From Haliotis cracherodii (Eukaryota), in contig NW_027266279.1 in the NCBI RefSeq assembly GCF_022045235.1, positions 7,378,001-7,442,000 on the forward strand: 64,000 nucleotides of DNA, given 5' to 3'. Below, piece after piece: positions 41,273 through 53,239 of the stretch. Position numbers and translations under genes: made by a program. The notes below the pieces were generated by a model that did no database searches, had not been told where the DNA came from, and was given only the letters and a program-made list of their open reading frames with translations. Within the stretch, counting starts at the first letter, position 1. Each line of letters opens with the position of its first letter.

Positions 41273-41882
41273 TAAACGACAACAAAAACAAAACACAATT
41301 TTAAATTCTGAAGTGGTAGAATATCATTCACTTAAATTTGTCTGTACTTTTGACTGGCTTTGTGTTGGCCTCCCACACCAAACCCTGTCTGCTGACTGTC
41401 ACCTCATTAACACCTGTGAACCATACAAGGCATACTGCAAGTGACGAGTGTGACACGAACCCACACATCGCATCCTCCCTTACACAAGCATCCCTGTCTA
41501 ATAGCCTCATCACCACTGAACATAAAAGAGACTTATCTGTGATAAAACCTTTAAGGATTATATACCCTCTAACCCCAGCAGCGACCTCTAACCCCCTGAA
41601 ATGAACATATAGCACCTGGAACACAGGAACTAGCCTTGCTCCAGGATAAGTGGAAGAACACATCAGTGAGGTTTTAGTTTATTTGTAATTATCAATTCTG
41701 GATAAACTGGCCAACTTTGTTAGGAAAACAATACGTTAAAACCCTTTTCAACAGCAACACCTAATTATATAACTGGTAATTATTTATTGAATAATATAAT
41801 AATGTTAGACTTGTGCAAGTCTAGCTTTGATCTGGCAGGAAGCTGTGTACATCAAGACAGGAACACTTGAAGCTTTCCCCTG

Positions 41883-42082
41883 TAGCCTTGCTCCAAGGCT
41901 GTACTGAATGATAAGTCCATGGATGTACAGTAATTCTGTCCTAATAACAGGCAAGTCTAGAAAGGCGGACAGCACAAAGGATGTCAGTCTTCCATAGGGA
42001 CACCTTAATCTTAATGTTTGCATACATATATAATCTAGAAATTATGATTCAAACTATTACCCAAGAGCCCTGTGCAATTGAA
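41883..42082. mobile_element. TAG-ended 9-bp-TSD DNA transposon, subfamily 2
   Basis: Homologous to 35381-35574; TSD TTTCCCCTG / CTTCCTCTG (7/9); right end decayed. Confidence 0.6.
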
Positions 42083-42165
42083 CTTCCTCTGTTGCTTCCA
42101 GGCTTCTTGTCACACAGAATCCATAATATGGATGTATTGTAATTAAGAAAGTCTAGTTCACATGA

Positions 42166-42327
42166 GTGAGTGAGAATGGTTTTACGCCGCTTTTAGCAAT
42201 ATTCCAGCAATATCAAAGCGGGGGACACCAGAAATGGGCTTCACACATTGTACCCATGTCGGGAATCGAACCCGGGTCTTCGGCCTGACGAGAGAACACT
42301 TTAACCACTGGGCTACCCGACCGCACC
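42166..42327 (-). mobile_element. SINE family A, full length
   Basis: 13-bp TSD CTAGTTCACATGA (42153-42165 / 42328-42340). Confidence 0.93.
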
Positions 42328-43107
42328 CTAGTTCACATGAACATATCGGATAACTAGCTTTCATAACAATTTCTTAAAGTTTTGCTAATTTCTTAAATAA
42401 TGCATATCGTGTGGGCGAAAATGTTTCAAGTTATTTTAATACCAATACCACATCAAGAATGTAACTAATCAATAATTAATAAAGAGCTTGTCAAGAAACA
42501 ATATTACAAGCATTTGTTAAAAAAATGCATTTCTTCTCGTATTATTGTGCCCCTCCCAATCGCTAAGATTATTAACGCCTGTGATTTGCCAACTTCAAAC
42601 ACGAATCTTTCCAAAGAAAGATACAAGAGACGTAATCACTTATCCTAATCACTTATCACTGGTGACAAGCTGAGAAATAAAAGAGGAATTCCACACTGGC
42701 TTGTGATGCAGAATAAATTGGGATAAAGTGGGATGGCAAACTTGCCAGCAAATCAACTTGGCAAGTAAGGTCACTCTTATCAGGAGTTCATTTTGTTGGA
42801 TTGTTGGCGCCAAGATTAAGGGTGTTTTGATACTTCTACAACTCAGGTATTGAAATGATCTACTTTGCTCTTATCTTTTCTTAAACAAATATTTAAAGAG
42901 TAGAATTTCTATTAAATACTTATCATACCTATGTTGCTGAGATGAGTTTGCAAACATCGACAGCAAGCCGTATTAAGATAACTTAAATTCACAAAGCACT
43001 GACTGACGTCCATTACTTTCAGATGACTACAGTGATGGAATTGAGTAATCATTTGTTATGATAAGTAGTCATTTATATCAATACTCCCAAACAGCATACC
43101 CATTAGA

Positions 43108-43396
43108 GTGAGTGAGTGAGTGAGTGAGTATGGTTTTACGCCACTTTTAGCAATATTCCAGCAATATCACGGCGGGGGACACCAGAAATGGGCTTCACAC
43201 ATTGTACCCATGTCGGGAATCAAACCCAGGTCTTCGGCGTGACGAGTGAACACTTTAACCACTAGGCTACCCGACCGCACCCTAGTTCACATGAACATAT
43301 CGGAAATGGGCTGAAATGTACCAATGTCGGGAATTGAACCCGGGTCTTCGGCATGACGAGCGAACGCTTTTACCACTAGGCAACCCGACTGGCCCT
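43108..43396 (-). mobile_element. Composite SINE family A (two heads)
   Basis: TSD CATACCCATTAGA (43095-43107 / 43397-43409); contains 23 bp of flank from the 42.3-kb copy. Confidence 0.9.
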
Positions 43397-43434
43397 CATA
43401 CCCATTAGAATACTCCCTGCTTGTACTAAGTCCC

Positions 43435-43603
43435 TAGACTAACAACTAGTCTCTGAAATGAACACATCGTACAGGTTGTTCAGTTATCTTAATAAAAATG
43501 TAATAAAAGGGAGCCCAGTGACTCTGTTCATTAATCTAGACTTGCCAAACTTGCATGTGCTGTATTTTATATATATTTGTATCAGGGTCTGTAAGACAGA
43601 CTA
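43435..43603. mobile_element. TAG..CTA, 9-bp-TSD DNA transposon (AcademH-like), subfamily 1
   Basis: Perfect TSD CTAAGTCCC (43426-43434 / 43604-43612); hairpins at both ends. Confidence 0.78.
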
Positions 43604-44215
43604 CTAAGTCCCTTAACTTGTTAGTTATTTGACTTTATATACAAGTCAAAAGAAATTAAGAACACCTGATTTTTTCAGTTGTCTGTAGTCAAACTTTCAT
43701 GCCATGAGTGTTCCTTCTATCTTGTAAGTTTTATATTATCTGATTCAACCTGACAACATTCACACTTACATGTCACAAATTCACACAAGACTTTAAGGGT
43801 TTATTTATTTATGAATGGGAGTGTGTGCTGCTATCTGATTGGCTTAAAAATATGAATAAATGGGATTTGATTCCTGGCAATCTCTTGGCCGAGCTATTTA
43901 GTCTTTTGGTTCTGTATCCCCAATTTGAAAGGAAATACATTCTGCTAGGTGAAATGGATACCATATGAATTAAATATTAAGTTTGATCAATACTTTATAA
44001 GAATGACTTTGATTTCAGTTCAGAGTGACGTCTCCTCTGTCTCAGCTGTCAAGAAAAGTGCTTCAGAAAATGATGGATAAATTTTGTATCTTACAATGTC
44101 GATAAACATTCGAAGCCAAGACATTTTAACATTTAAAACCTCTGGCTGATGCTGTTAGTTCGAAATGGCAGGATGATTGGCCATGATGTAAAACAAGTAG
44201 GATAGTCAAAGAAAT

Positions 44216-44600
44216 TTACATCATAATCATCATTAACATCATCACCACAAACATCATTAACATCATCACCACAATCATCATTAACATCATCACTACAAAC
44301 AACATCACCGCAATCATCATTAACATCATCACCACAATCATCATTAACATCATCACCACAAACATCAACATCATCACCATAAACATCATCATTAACATCA
44401 TCACCACAAACAACATCATCACCACAAATAACATCATAACCACAAACATCATTAATATCATTATCACCACAAACATCATTAATATCATCATCACCACAAA
44501 CATCATCCTTAACATCATCACCACAATCATCACCACAATCATCATCATCATCATCATCATTGGTAACCAGTATCATCAGGTTTGTCGTCATCATCATCAC
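44216..44600. repeat. Cryptic (CAT/CAC/AAC) repeat, about 24-bp period
   Basis: AACATCATCACCACAATCATCATT-like units ending in (CAT)n. Confidence 0.9.
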
Positions 44601-45289
44601 CTCCACATAAAAGGAAACACAAAACAAACAGCCAAGAAGTGGTTGACAGGGGGTAAAGCTATCCCATTTCTGGGAACTGTTTTATAATCTAATCAGATCT
44701 GGATTACCGCTATTATGCTGGCGACCAACGTAAACAATCCGACAAAAGCTCCTCCATCCTATAACATGGATGATGTAACAGTAGTCCTACCCCCTGCCTG
44801 GAGAATGGTATACGATGTCACTATGACAACACAATGTGGGCTGAACAAACAAGGTAAAATGTATCCTCCTTGCTTCACACCACTCTCAACCCTTGAATTC
44901 TCGGCAAAAACATGCATGATCACCAACCCAACACACAACTGCCCCATGAACATACACACATGGTCACGATCGCGCACAGATGAACTGGGAGAGTCCATGT
45001 GGAAACAATAACCTTCCACGTAACATTTCGGCTGGATTCACCTTTTGCAACTTCTGTCAGAAAGAGCAAAGATCGGAACCATTTACGCATATTGTAAGGC
45101 AATACATTTGAACTCCATTGTGTTGGTATAGTCTATACATGATGTTCTCATTGTCAACACAGACACCAAGGTCCTGGCGTTCTTGTGTTGATACATATAC
45201 TCAGCCTAAGGAAATTCCTACACAAGAACAAGGAAAAGACCTCCGTAGTTGAAGAGGAGTTCCTCAACGTGCTCTGTGACGTAAGACGT

Positions 45290-45480
45290 GGGGCAGTGGG
45301 GTAGTCTAATGGTTAAAGTGTTCACTCATCATGCAGAAGGCCCGCGTGAGGTAGTCTAATGGTTAAAGTGTTCACTCATCATGCTGAAGGCCCGGGTTCG
45401 ATTCCCCACAATGTGTGAAGCCCATTTCTAGCATCTGCCGAGATAAACTGGAATATTTCTAAAAAAGCAGCGTAAAACAA
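45290..45480 (+). mobile_element. SINE family A, diverged, with duplicated A-box segment
   Basis: GGTAGTCTAATGGTTAAAGTGTTCACTCATCATGC..GAAGGCCCG twice (49-bp period), then GGTTCGATTCC. Confidence 0.8.
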
Positions 45481-46364
45481 TATTTCAACAATTTTAATGG
45501 ATATTGTCAGTCTAGCTTGATAAAGGTGTAAGAATCTACATCGAAACATCGCAAAAAACAATAGACTAGAAGTTGTTATCCATAAAGTTGTACATTTTCT
45601 TATTTACTTACCAACTTCGGAAAGTCCTTAAGTTTCAAATGCAGTGAAGAATTGTTGATAAATTGATAGACATGTATGTGTTCAACTGAAACATCAATGT
45701 TTTTAACTTTGGATGCCTCATTTTGAATACAAAATTTGATAATAATAAAAGTTGCTAATTCCAGCTTTGCAAACAATATGTATATGTAAATGATTATTGA
45801 CATCAACATTGAATAATTTTTGATAAAAATAGTTGTAGTACATTAGATTCACATGAAAGGGCATCAAGAATACACATTGAATACACAAGGATTTAATGTA
45901 CCCAACTGACCATAATGATACATGGTCTCACAATGTATATACCGGGAATAGTATTATCATCATATTAAGGGTGAATAAAGATTGATATTGTTGTCAAGGT
46001 TGTTTGGCATTGATGTCAGTCAGCGCCATCTCTGGACAAGGTCACAGACCAAGTTTGAGGGCATATATTCCCTCCCCCTACCCCAAGACTTCCATAAACA
46101 TCTTAATGGTCTTGTCAGACGTACTACCTCATTACCTAAATAAGTTGCCGATTAAATAACCATCGAACTAGTCTTCCCAGCGAGCAATCTCTTTCATCAA
46201 ACAGTGGGTAACAGGGCATTTAGGCTTCGTCAGCGATATTACAATCAAATTATGACAGCCATTAAAGGAATCATGCCTGGCCTAGACAAACCCCAGTGCT
46301 AATCCATGATGACACAATCAGCTGAGATCAGGCACTGTTCCAGAGAGGGATCACAGTGCTAAGA

Positions 46365-46563
46365 GTTAGTGAGTGAGTGAGTGAGTGAGTGAGTGAGTGA
46401 GTGAGTGAGTATGGTTTTACGGCGCTTTTAGCAATATTCCAGCAATATCACGGCGGGGGACACCAGAAATGGGCTTCACACATTGTACCCATGTCGGGAA
46501 TTGAACCTGGGTCTTCGGCGTGACGAGCAAACGCTTTTAACCACTAGGCTACCCGACTGCCCC
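46365..46563 (-). mobile_element. SINE family A inserted in a short Harbinger-like MITE
   Basis: 13-bp TSD CACAGTGCTAAGA (46352-46364 / 46564-46576). Confidence 0.92.
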
Positions 46564-46637
46564 CACAGTGCTAAGACATTATAACTCCATACTTAAACAT
46601 TGCAATAACATGGCAATTGGTAATACATGGCCTTAAA

Positions 46638-47101
46638 CAGAGAAACCTCATCAGTCAATGAACACTGCTAATCTGGAAACCCTGGAAACCCTGGCAACCT
46701 GGAAATCCCGTCTTCCGGACAACTACAGTTAGGAACGTCTAATATATCCCCGAGAAATGGGTTTTCGGACCCTTGAGAAACATTCATAGTTTTTTTGCTA
46801 TTCACAAGAATAAATGTAAAATATCTCACTCATTTATAAAAGACGACTTTATCTTAAATACAGGTCATCATCTGAGTATTTATAATGTCTGTGTGATGCC
46901 ACACCCCTTGTTACAGTGCAAGTAATCGTGATGAACATGGCCGAAATCGTATAATGTCCAAATAACTATGATCTGATTATATACAAATCCAGAAATCAGT
47001 TTATCCACAAATTTGTTAATCTGGAACTTTGTTAATCTGGAAATTTGCTGATCCAAGATTTAATTGGAAATTACATTGTCTGGATCAACAAGGTTTTACT
47101 G
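46638..47101. mobile_element. pogo/Tigger-like MITE, old
   Basis: CAGAGAAACCTCATCAGTC vs right-end reverse complement CAGTAAAACCTTGTTGATC; multiple AATCTGGAA subterminal repeats. Confidence 0.5.
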
Positions 47102-47475
47102 TTTGATTGTGGCCAACCAATATCAGCTCAATCTTACAGCAGGAATGAATCATGGGCCGCCTTGCGAAGCCCGAGTTCAGGGCAATCCTCCTGGGGTGTG
47201 AGTAGAGAACCACAAGTTGTTGAGCACTTTCATCATTTAAGCATGGGCTAATATAACGTCATTGAGTGACAAAACAACATCATCAAGTTGTTTTTCCATT
47301 TCAAAGATAGGGCACAGGTGCAGTCAGTTGGGGGTAGATATGGTCCGTGAGATAGTAGAACAGGGTTTAAAGTCTGCTATAAAGGCTGAAGATGGTTTCC
47401 ACAAAACAGCCTCAAAATTGCATGTTTTTTAATATACTTTAGACATGCAGCAGGTTATTGGGTAGGGTGGTGATG

Positions 47476-47705
47476 GTTTGTATGTTGTTAAACACTGCAT
47501 TCAGCAACATTACTGCTATAAAACAGTTGTCTATAAATAATCGAGCCTGGACCAGATAATCCAGTGAATGACATCATGGCCATTGAAACACGCAAATGGG
47601 ATACGATGACATGCATCAACCAAGTCAGCGAGCCTGACCACCCGATCCCTTTAGTCGGCTCTTCTGACAAGCGTAGTCACCTCTTCTGACAAGCATAGTC
47701 ACCCT
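47476..47705 (-). mobile_element. SINE family B, 5'-truncated, 23-bp head unit repeated about three times
   Basis: B body; TAGTC..CTCTTCTGACAAGC units. Confidence 0.85.
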
Positions 47706-47715
47706 TGTAAAATGA

Positions 47716-47890
47716 ACCTGGACCAGACTATCTACTGGTCTTGTGAGCAAGTTCAAGGTCACTGAGTCTGACGACCTGATCCATTAAGTTGCCTCTTACG
47801 ACCAACATAGGTCGCTGGGGACCTATTCTAACTCAGATTCCCAATGGGTTGTCAGTCTTGTGACAAGCAGAGGGCTGGGGACCTATCTTG
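47716..47890 (-). mobile_element. SINE family B, old variant with duplicated head
   Basis: GCTGGGGACCTAT occurs twice. Confidence 0.65.
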
Positions 47891-48096
47891 ACCCTATTAG
47901 GGCCTCACTATGGATCTTTGAGTGAGTAAGCAGAGATCCTCTCAGCCACAAGTCCGTTAGTTTGAGACAAGAGAAAATCTGGAGGGACTAGTTGTAATGA
48001 ATAATCCACTTGTCTGCGGTGAGGTGAAATGGCGTTTAAGGTCGCGGCCAAAATTATTGCACTTATATTGAGAAGTGCATGCCAAGTTTGTTTGGC

Positions 48097-48617
48097 TGTT
48101 TGTACTTGTCTCGACTGTCTTGAGTCCACTGAGATACCATGCCATAGTTTAACATGAATACCCCACTCAGACACAGAATACTGACTCCAAGCTGACCAGT
48201 CTTTGTTTTAGCCCCTTAATGCCGAGCACCAGACAGGGTAACAACAAGTACCATCTTTTAACGTTGTTGTTGTTGTTTGTTGTTTAACGCTGCACTCAGC
48301 AATATTCCAGCTATATGACGAAGGTCTATAAATAATCGAGTCTGGAGCAGACAATCCAGTCATTGATATCATGAGCATCGATCCACACAATTGGGATCAA
48401 TGACATGCATCAACTAAGTCAGCGAGCCTGACCACCCGATCCCGTTAGTCTCCTCTTACGACAAGGATAGTCGCCTTTTACGGCAAGCATGGGTTGCTGA
48501 AGAGCTATTCTACCCCCATCTCTTCACGGGTCTCATCTTTTAACTTCCTTTGTTATGACGCAGCTGTGGATCAAACCCCAGTCCTTCCTGCTCTACCACT
48601 AGACCCCAGAAGTGGTC
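48097..48617 (-). mobile_element. SINE family D interrupted by SINE-B
   Basis: D core continues on both sides of 48263-48532. Confidence 0.82.
48263..48532 (-). mobile_element. SINE family B, full length, nested in SINE-D
   Basis: 11-bp TSD CATCTTTTAAC (48252-48262 / 48534-48544). Confidence 0.93.
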
Positions 48618-50589
48618 CCACTATTCTGAAATGAGCTGGGCCATCAGCATATGATGAGAGAATACAACAACGCTAAGCTAACCTACCATCCATATCTCAG
48701 AGGAGATCCTTCAAATAGGTGACTTATTAACGAATTCTATCTGACCATCCTCAAAATTAACTCAATAAACTACCTCTACTTAAAACAAGCAAGTGACAGT
48801 AAATGGACTCCAAGCAACTTAATTCCTTTTAACCTTGTCCTGTCCAACAGCTCCGAGTCCTGATGACCACAGTGCTCCCTTGGTTCCAGCTAAAGTCTAT
48901 AGAAGCCACAGATACAATATTCTCTCCGGGAGATAACAGACAATACAGCATGTTCTCGTCATGTCTGGCCAGACAGGTGAAGTATATCATCTCGTATACA
49001 CACCCAGGGGGGTTATCATGGACATGGGAAGGGTTACAGCACTTGGTGGAAATGAAATGACGAGAGAGGCTATCATTTTAGGAATAGAGAAAATCCACGT
49101 TCAATTTGCCAGTTTCTATATGCCTGCTAAATATTATCAGATAATGCCATTAATTTATAAATATCAGATAATGCCATTCACTTATGAATTTCATATAAAA
49201 GAATGAATGAGTTAAAATTCAATGCCAAATGTGTTCATTTATGATTGTCACATGGGACTCATTCATGAATTTCAGATAGTGTCATCAGTTTTGTCATTTC
49301 AACTTAATTGTCAGGGTCTTTTTGCAATTTAGACTAATAGCAGCGGTAGAAACTAACATTTTTAGTCAACTTGTCCTTATAATGATAACATATGGCACAA
49401 CCCTTCATAAATGGCAAGTTTCTTCTAGTCCTTATGATACCTTAACTATTCAGCAGTTTGGCAAGGACTACAGGACGAGTGCCAATTTCTAACGCTGTAT
49501 AGGGCATGCAGATATTGGTGACATAGCTTTTGACAGCTCTCACTTTAACCTCCAATTAAAAATTTACACTGATGACCAGTCCATGCTTGTTGTTTCATTG
49601 CCTTCATTGATTCTGAGACATCTTTGTCAACAGTATTCATGACGTCACAGACATTTTTTAATAAAGCTGAAATATATTTTTTTCAGGCCTTCTTGTAAAA
49701 GACAATTGGCTTACAAATCCTTTGTATAGTAAAATGTTGAAATTGCCTTGCCTATGCTCAAGATTTACAAATTGTATTCACTGGGACAGGTCATGTATAA
49801 TTTTAAACATCTTGTAGGTTTTTCTCTAAATCTGTGTCCCCAAGGAAAAACTGCAAGAACTGATCCATATATCGACATAAATTGTTCTTCTACTTCCGAA
49901 AGACAATATCAAAATAATAGCCATCGTGACACCGGCATCCTCCTTAATGGCATCTCCTGCACATAATACCACCCTGTAATGAGCATACCAGATCTATATA
50001 CACAAGGCTATCACAGTCCATTCACTCCTGCTTATCTGAGCTAAACAGAGGGTAGAGGAAGACTGCTGCCCACAGGATAAAAAAAAACCTCTTCCAGGGA
50101 GGTAGGGACTTATTTACCATAAAATACTGATCCCCCTAGATTTGAACCCAGACTGGCAGGCTGGGGCTCCATGTCACACACCTGCTTGCCTAATGGAGTG
50201 TGTGAGCTCGATTAGGAATTAATAGAGTGGAGAGCCCACTGATGATCCTCCCTCTACATGTCTGACAATGTGTTCTGGGATTACATGGAACAGATGATGT
50301 AATGCGATCACTTTGCAAGTGGAAGACCATCTTGGCTTCAAAGGATGAAGTCTCTTGAACAAGCTGGTTTGTTGGTATCCTGGCTGTTACAGAATTATTT
50401 ATGTTTTCTCGATTTCACAATTTATTATTTTGTGTTGACGGATATCATTTCTTCAAACATATCACTTATTATCCATGAAACCTAGACAGATGATTTCAAC
50501 TGGTAACTCTGAGGTTTGCGAGTGAGTGAGTGAGTGGTTTTGTCACAGCCTTTTTAGTAATAGCTTGTTTATCTTACTTCTTGGTGTTG

Positions 50590-50658
50590 CGTGGGTGGGT
50601 GGGTGAGTGAGTGAGTGAGTGAGTGAGTGAGTGAGTGAGTGAGTGAGTGAGCGAGTGA
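50590..50658. repeat. (GGGT)n(GAGT)n microsatellite, probably an orphan SINE tail
   Basis: Direct inspection. Confidence 0.85.
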
Positions 50659-50789
50659 ACAGGCCAAGCACCTCCAAGGATAATGTTCTCATTATTCAAC
50701 TCAACAAGAACTCAATGAACTCAATGAATGTTCCTCCTCAAATAGTGACAAGTAGGTCGGACTTAGCCTCTAAACATATAACCTGAACT

Positions 50790-50940
50790 TGAGTGAGTGA
50801 GTGAGTGAGTGAGTGAGTGAGAGTGTTTTAGCAATATTACAGCAACAACACGTCGGAGAGTACGAACATGGGCTCCACATTGTAACCTTTGTAGGGAAGC
50901 AAACCTGTGACAAGCATTAACCAGTCAGCTACCTCACCCC
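50790..50940 (-). mobile_element. SINE family A, degenerate
   Basis: (GAGT)n, TTTTAGCAATATTACAGCAA, ATGGGCTCCACATTGTA. Confidence 0.65.
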
Positions 50941-51199
50941 AGGATATGGAAGTCCAACTGGGGAATATTGTGAAGTCCAGGAACATGTATACACATTCTT
51001 CTCCCAACACTGACCGATTTGAACTGTGTGCATAGCCACTGGGCAAACAAACTGCGGCTGTGTAAGTCAACAGCTGACACAGGTAAGTCTCACAAGGGAT
51101 GCAGTTCAGGCAACACTTCTTATACGAACATTCTACGATTGGTCCATGATTATTCCACAAATTTATTTTTTTTCTGGGGTGAAGGAAGCTTCAAGAAAC

Positions 51200-51272
51200 T
51201 ATACTACTCAACATTTGCCAAGGACTAATATAATCATATGTATATAATCCTTTGCAAATGTTGAGTCGTATA
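51200..51272. repeat. 73-bp fold-back (tiny TA-flanked MITE or hairpin)
   Basis: TATACTACTCAACATTTGCCAAGGA vs TCCTTTGCAAATGTTGAGTCGTATA, 23/25 complementary. Confidence 0.8.
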
Positions 51273-53239
51273 TTACTTGCACAACCTATTATGGACAATT
51301 GACAGTGACGAGGACTTCAGTTGAAAATCTGAAGATTTAATAAGGTGATAAGATTAAGAGTATAGATTTATGGCACTGATGATGCATTCGGTAAAATTAT
51401 GAATATATTTTTCATTTTCTGCATTATTTGTTTAAATACCTCTTTTCATTAGAAGTACACACTTCAATAAACAAACAAGATTAATCCTCATCAGGCATTG
51501 TTGTCATGCCTTCCCCCAATCCTCCTGTCCATGTTTCCAATCTAGTTGAGTCACTGCAGTGAAAAGGGCCTCGACGTTGCGTCTATTTTTTCAACAAATA
51601 GTTCTCTAAAACATTGACCAATCCTTCTATCAATACTCTAAATCCTCCCAATCCCACCACAAACAAACCCTACCTAAACTACCTGAATATCTGCACCATA
51701 CTACCCCCAAATAAATAAATAATCAAAATCGATACTCTTGGAATTTCATTTCACATTTACAAAATGGACACTTAAGTCCAACATGTAAATCAATGATAAT
51801 TATCAACAAACCACTTTTTTAAAGGAGCCCTCCCATTCCACAAAACTTGAACATCAAACACAGAGTTTCCACTTTCACTCAACAGACCACATTCCAAGCA
51901 AGAAAGCCTGGATCGACTAAGAAATAGAGAATCTTCTAATATTTCATCATCTGGTAAATATTTGGAGTTCATACAAGAGCAGTGGAAAGTCAAGAGAGGT
52001 AAGTGCATACTACCAGTATGAAATGACAGCACTTGACTTGTTAATACAATGTTTTGACCATGTGCAATAAACACAGCGTGGATGGACACATGTGTAAACA
52101 CGTAATTAAGACGCCATAAACAGCAGATAACTGAAAATCATAGCACGCAGTACTGACATACCGTGGGACTATTGGGTAGAGGGACCCGACTGAAGTGGGT
52201 AATGTTCTTGAGGTTAATCAAACAAGCTTACAGTTTAAGCTCATGCACTGCTGAATAGTCCTAAGTACTTAGAAGAGACCTTAAAATAGAGTTCAAAAAT
52301 ACAGTTTGCAAAGTACTTTGACTCCAAATGATTAAAATAGGAAAAACTGCAGGAAGAACGAGACGGGATCAACACTACTCTCCAAACACATATTCAGATC
52401 ACTTTTTTAAAAGCAAAAACAAAATCGGAACTGTCGTTTTATTTATTTGTTTCACAGAATTTTATAACCAGATTGTGTGAACTCAGAAATTTAAAAAAAA
52501 CTACCAAACCAAAACACACAACAGACCGGTTGATTTTCACAAGAACAACCCAATGATCTTCAACCAAAATCATCAACACCAGTCACATACAAGCAGCAAT
52601 TGTGAAAATACTATTTTTTCATTCAGATGCATTTAAAAACCATTGAGTCATAATTATGTGAAACAATTTGAAGAAAAATTACAAGAAGAACTGGCAAGGA
52701 GTCAAGCGATTTCTCGCCTGTCTAAAACAGAACCAGACATGGGAAAACAGGCAGACAGCTATTTTGGAACAGCAGACGGCAATTACAAATGGTCAAGCAG
52801 CTATGTTGAATACTCCGACACAGAACATCAAAGACAGACAACCACTTCCTCAACTTATTTTGGTATCTGATTTTTGTTCAAGGGGCATTTAAAAGACAAT
52901 CTTATGAAATATAGGAAGTGAAGTGACATATTTTGTGTTTTTTGTTTGTTGATAATATGCCAATGGTTGACAATAATTTAGCAATAACTGTAACAGTGAG
53001 CACAACATTTCAACTAGTAATTATGACGAGACCACTGACTGCATCACATCACCAGTTTAAAAAAGCTGGGATGTCAGAGTTACCTCAGAGCAAAACTATA
53101 TAATTCTTTAAAAAAAAAAAAATTAAACATAAAAAAACAACCTACAAGTATTTCTTAGCAACTGTAATGATATTAAATTCATATTACATTCATATTACAA
53201 TCCTAATGCCACCAAAGCACATGTTAATGCAACTTCTGT

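Noticed and set aside
45050-45200. DVLIVNTDTKVLAFL, faintly like an Academ XPG-type DTDV motif
   Set aside because: Single weak motif among stops; cannot be supported without a profile search.
51790-51951. Possible minus-strand exon DDEILEDSLFLSRSRLSCLECG..
   Set aside because: Weak acceptor, no convincing donor, no recognisable homology.
52643-52892. 75/74-aa ORFs with coiled-coil-like composition
   Set aside because: No recognisable domain or splice support; possibly a decayed transposon ORF.
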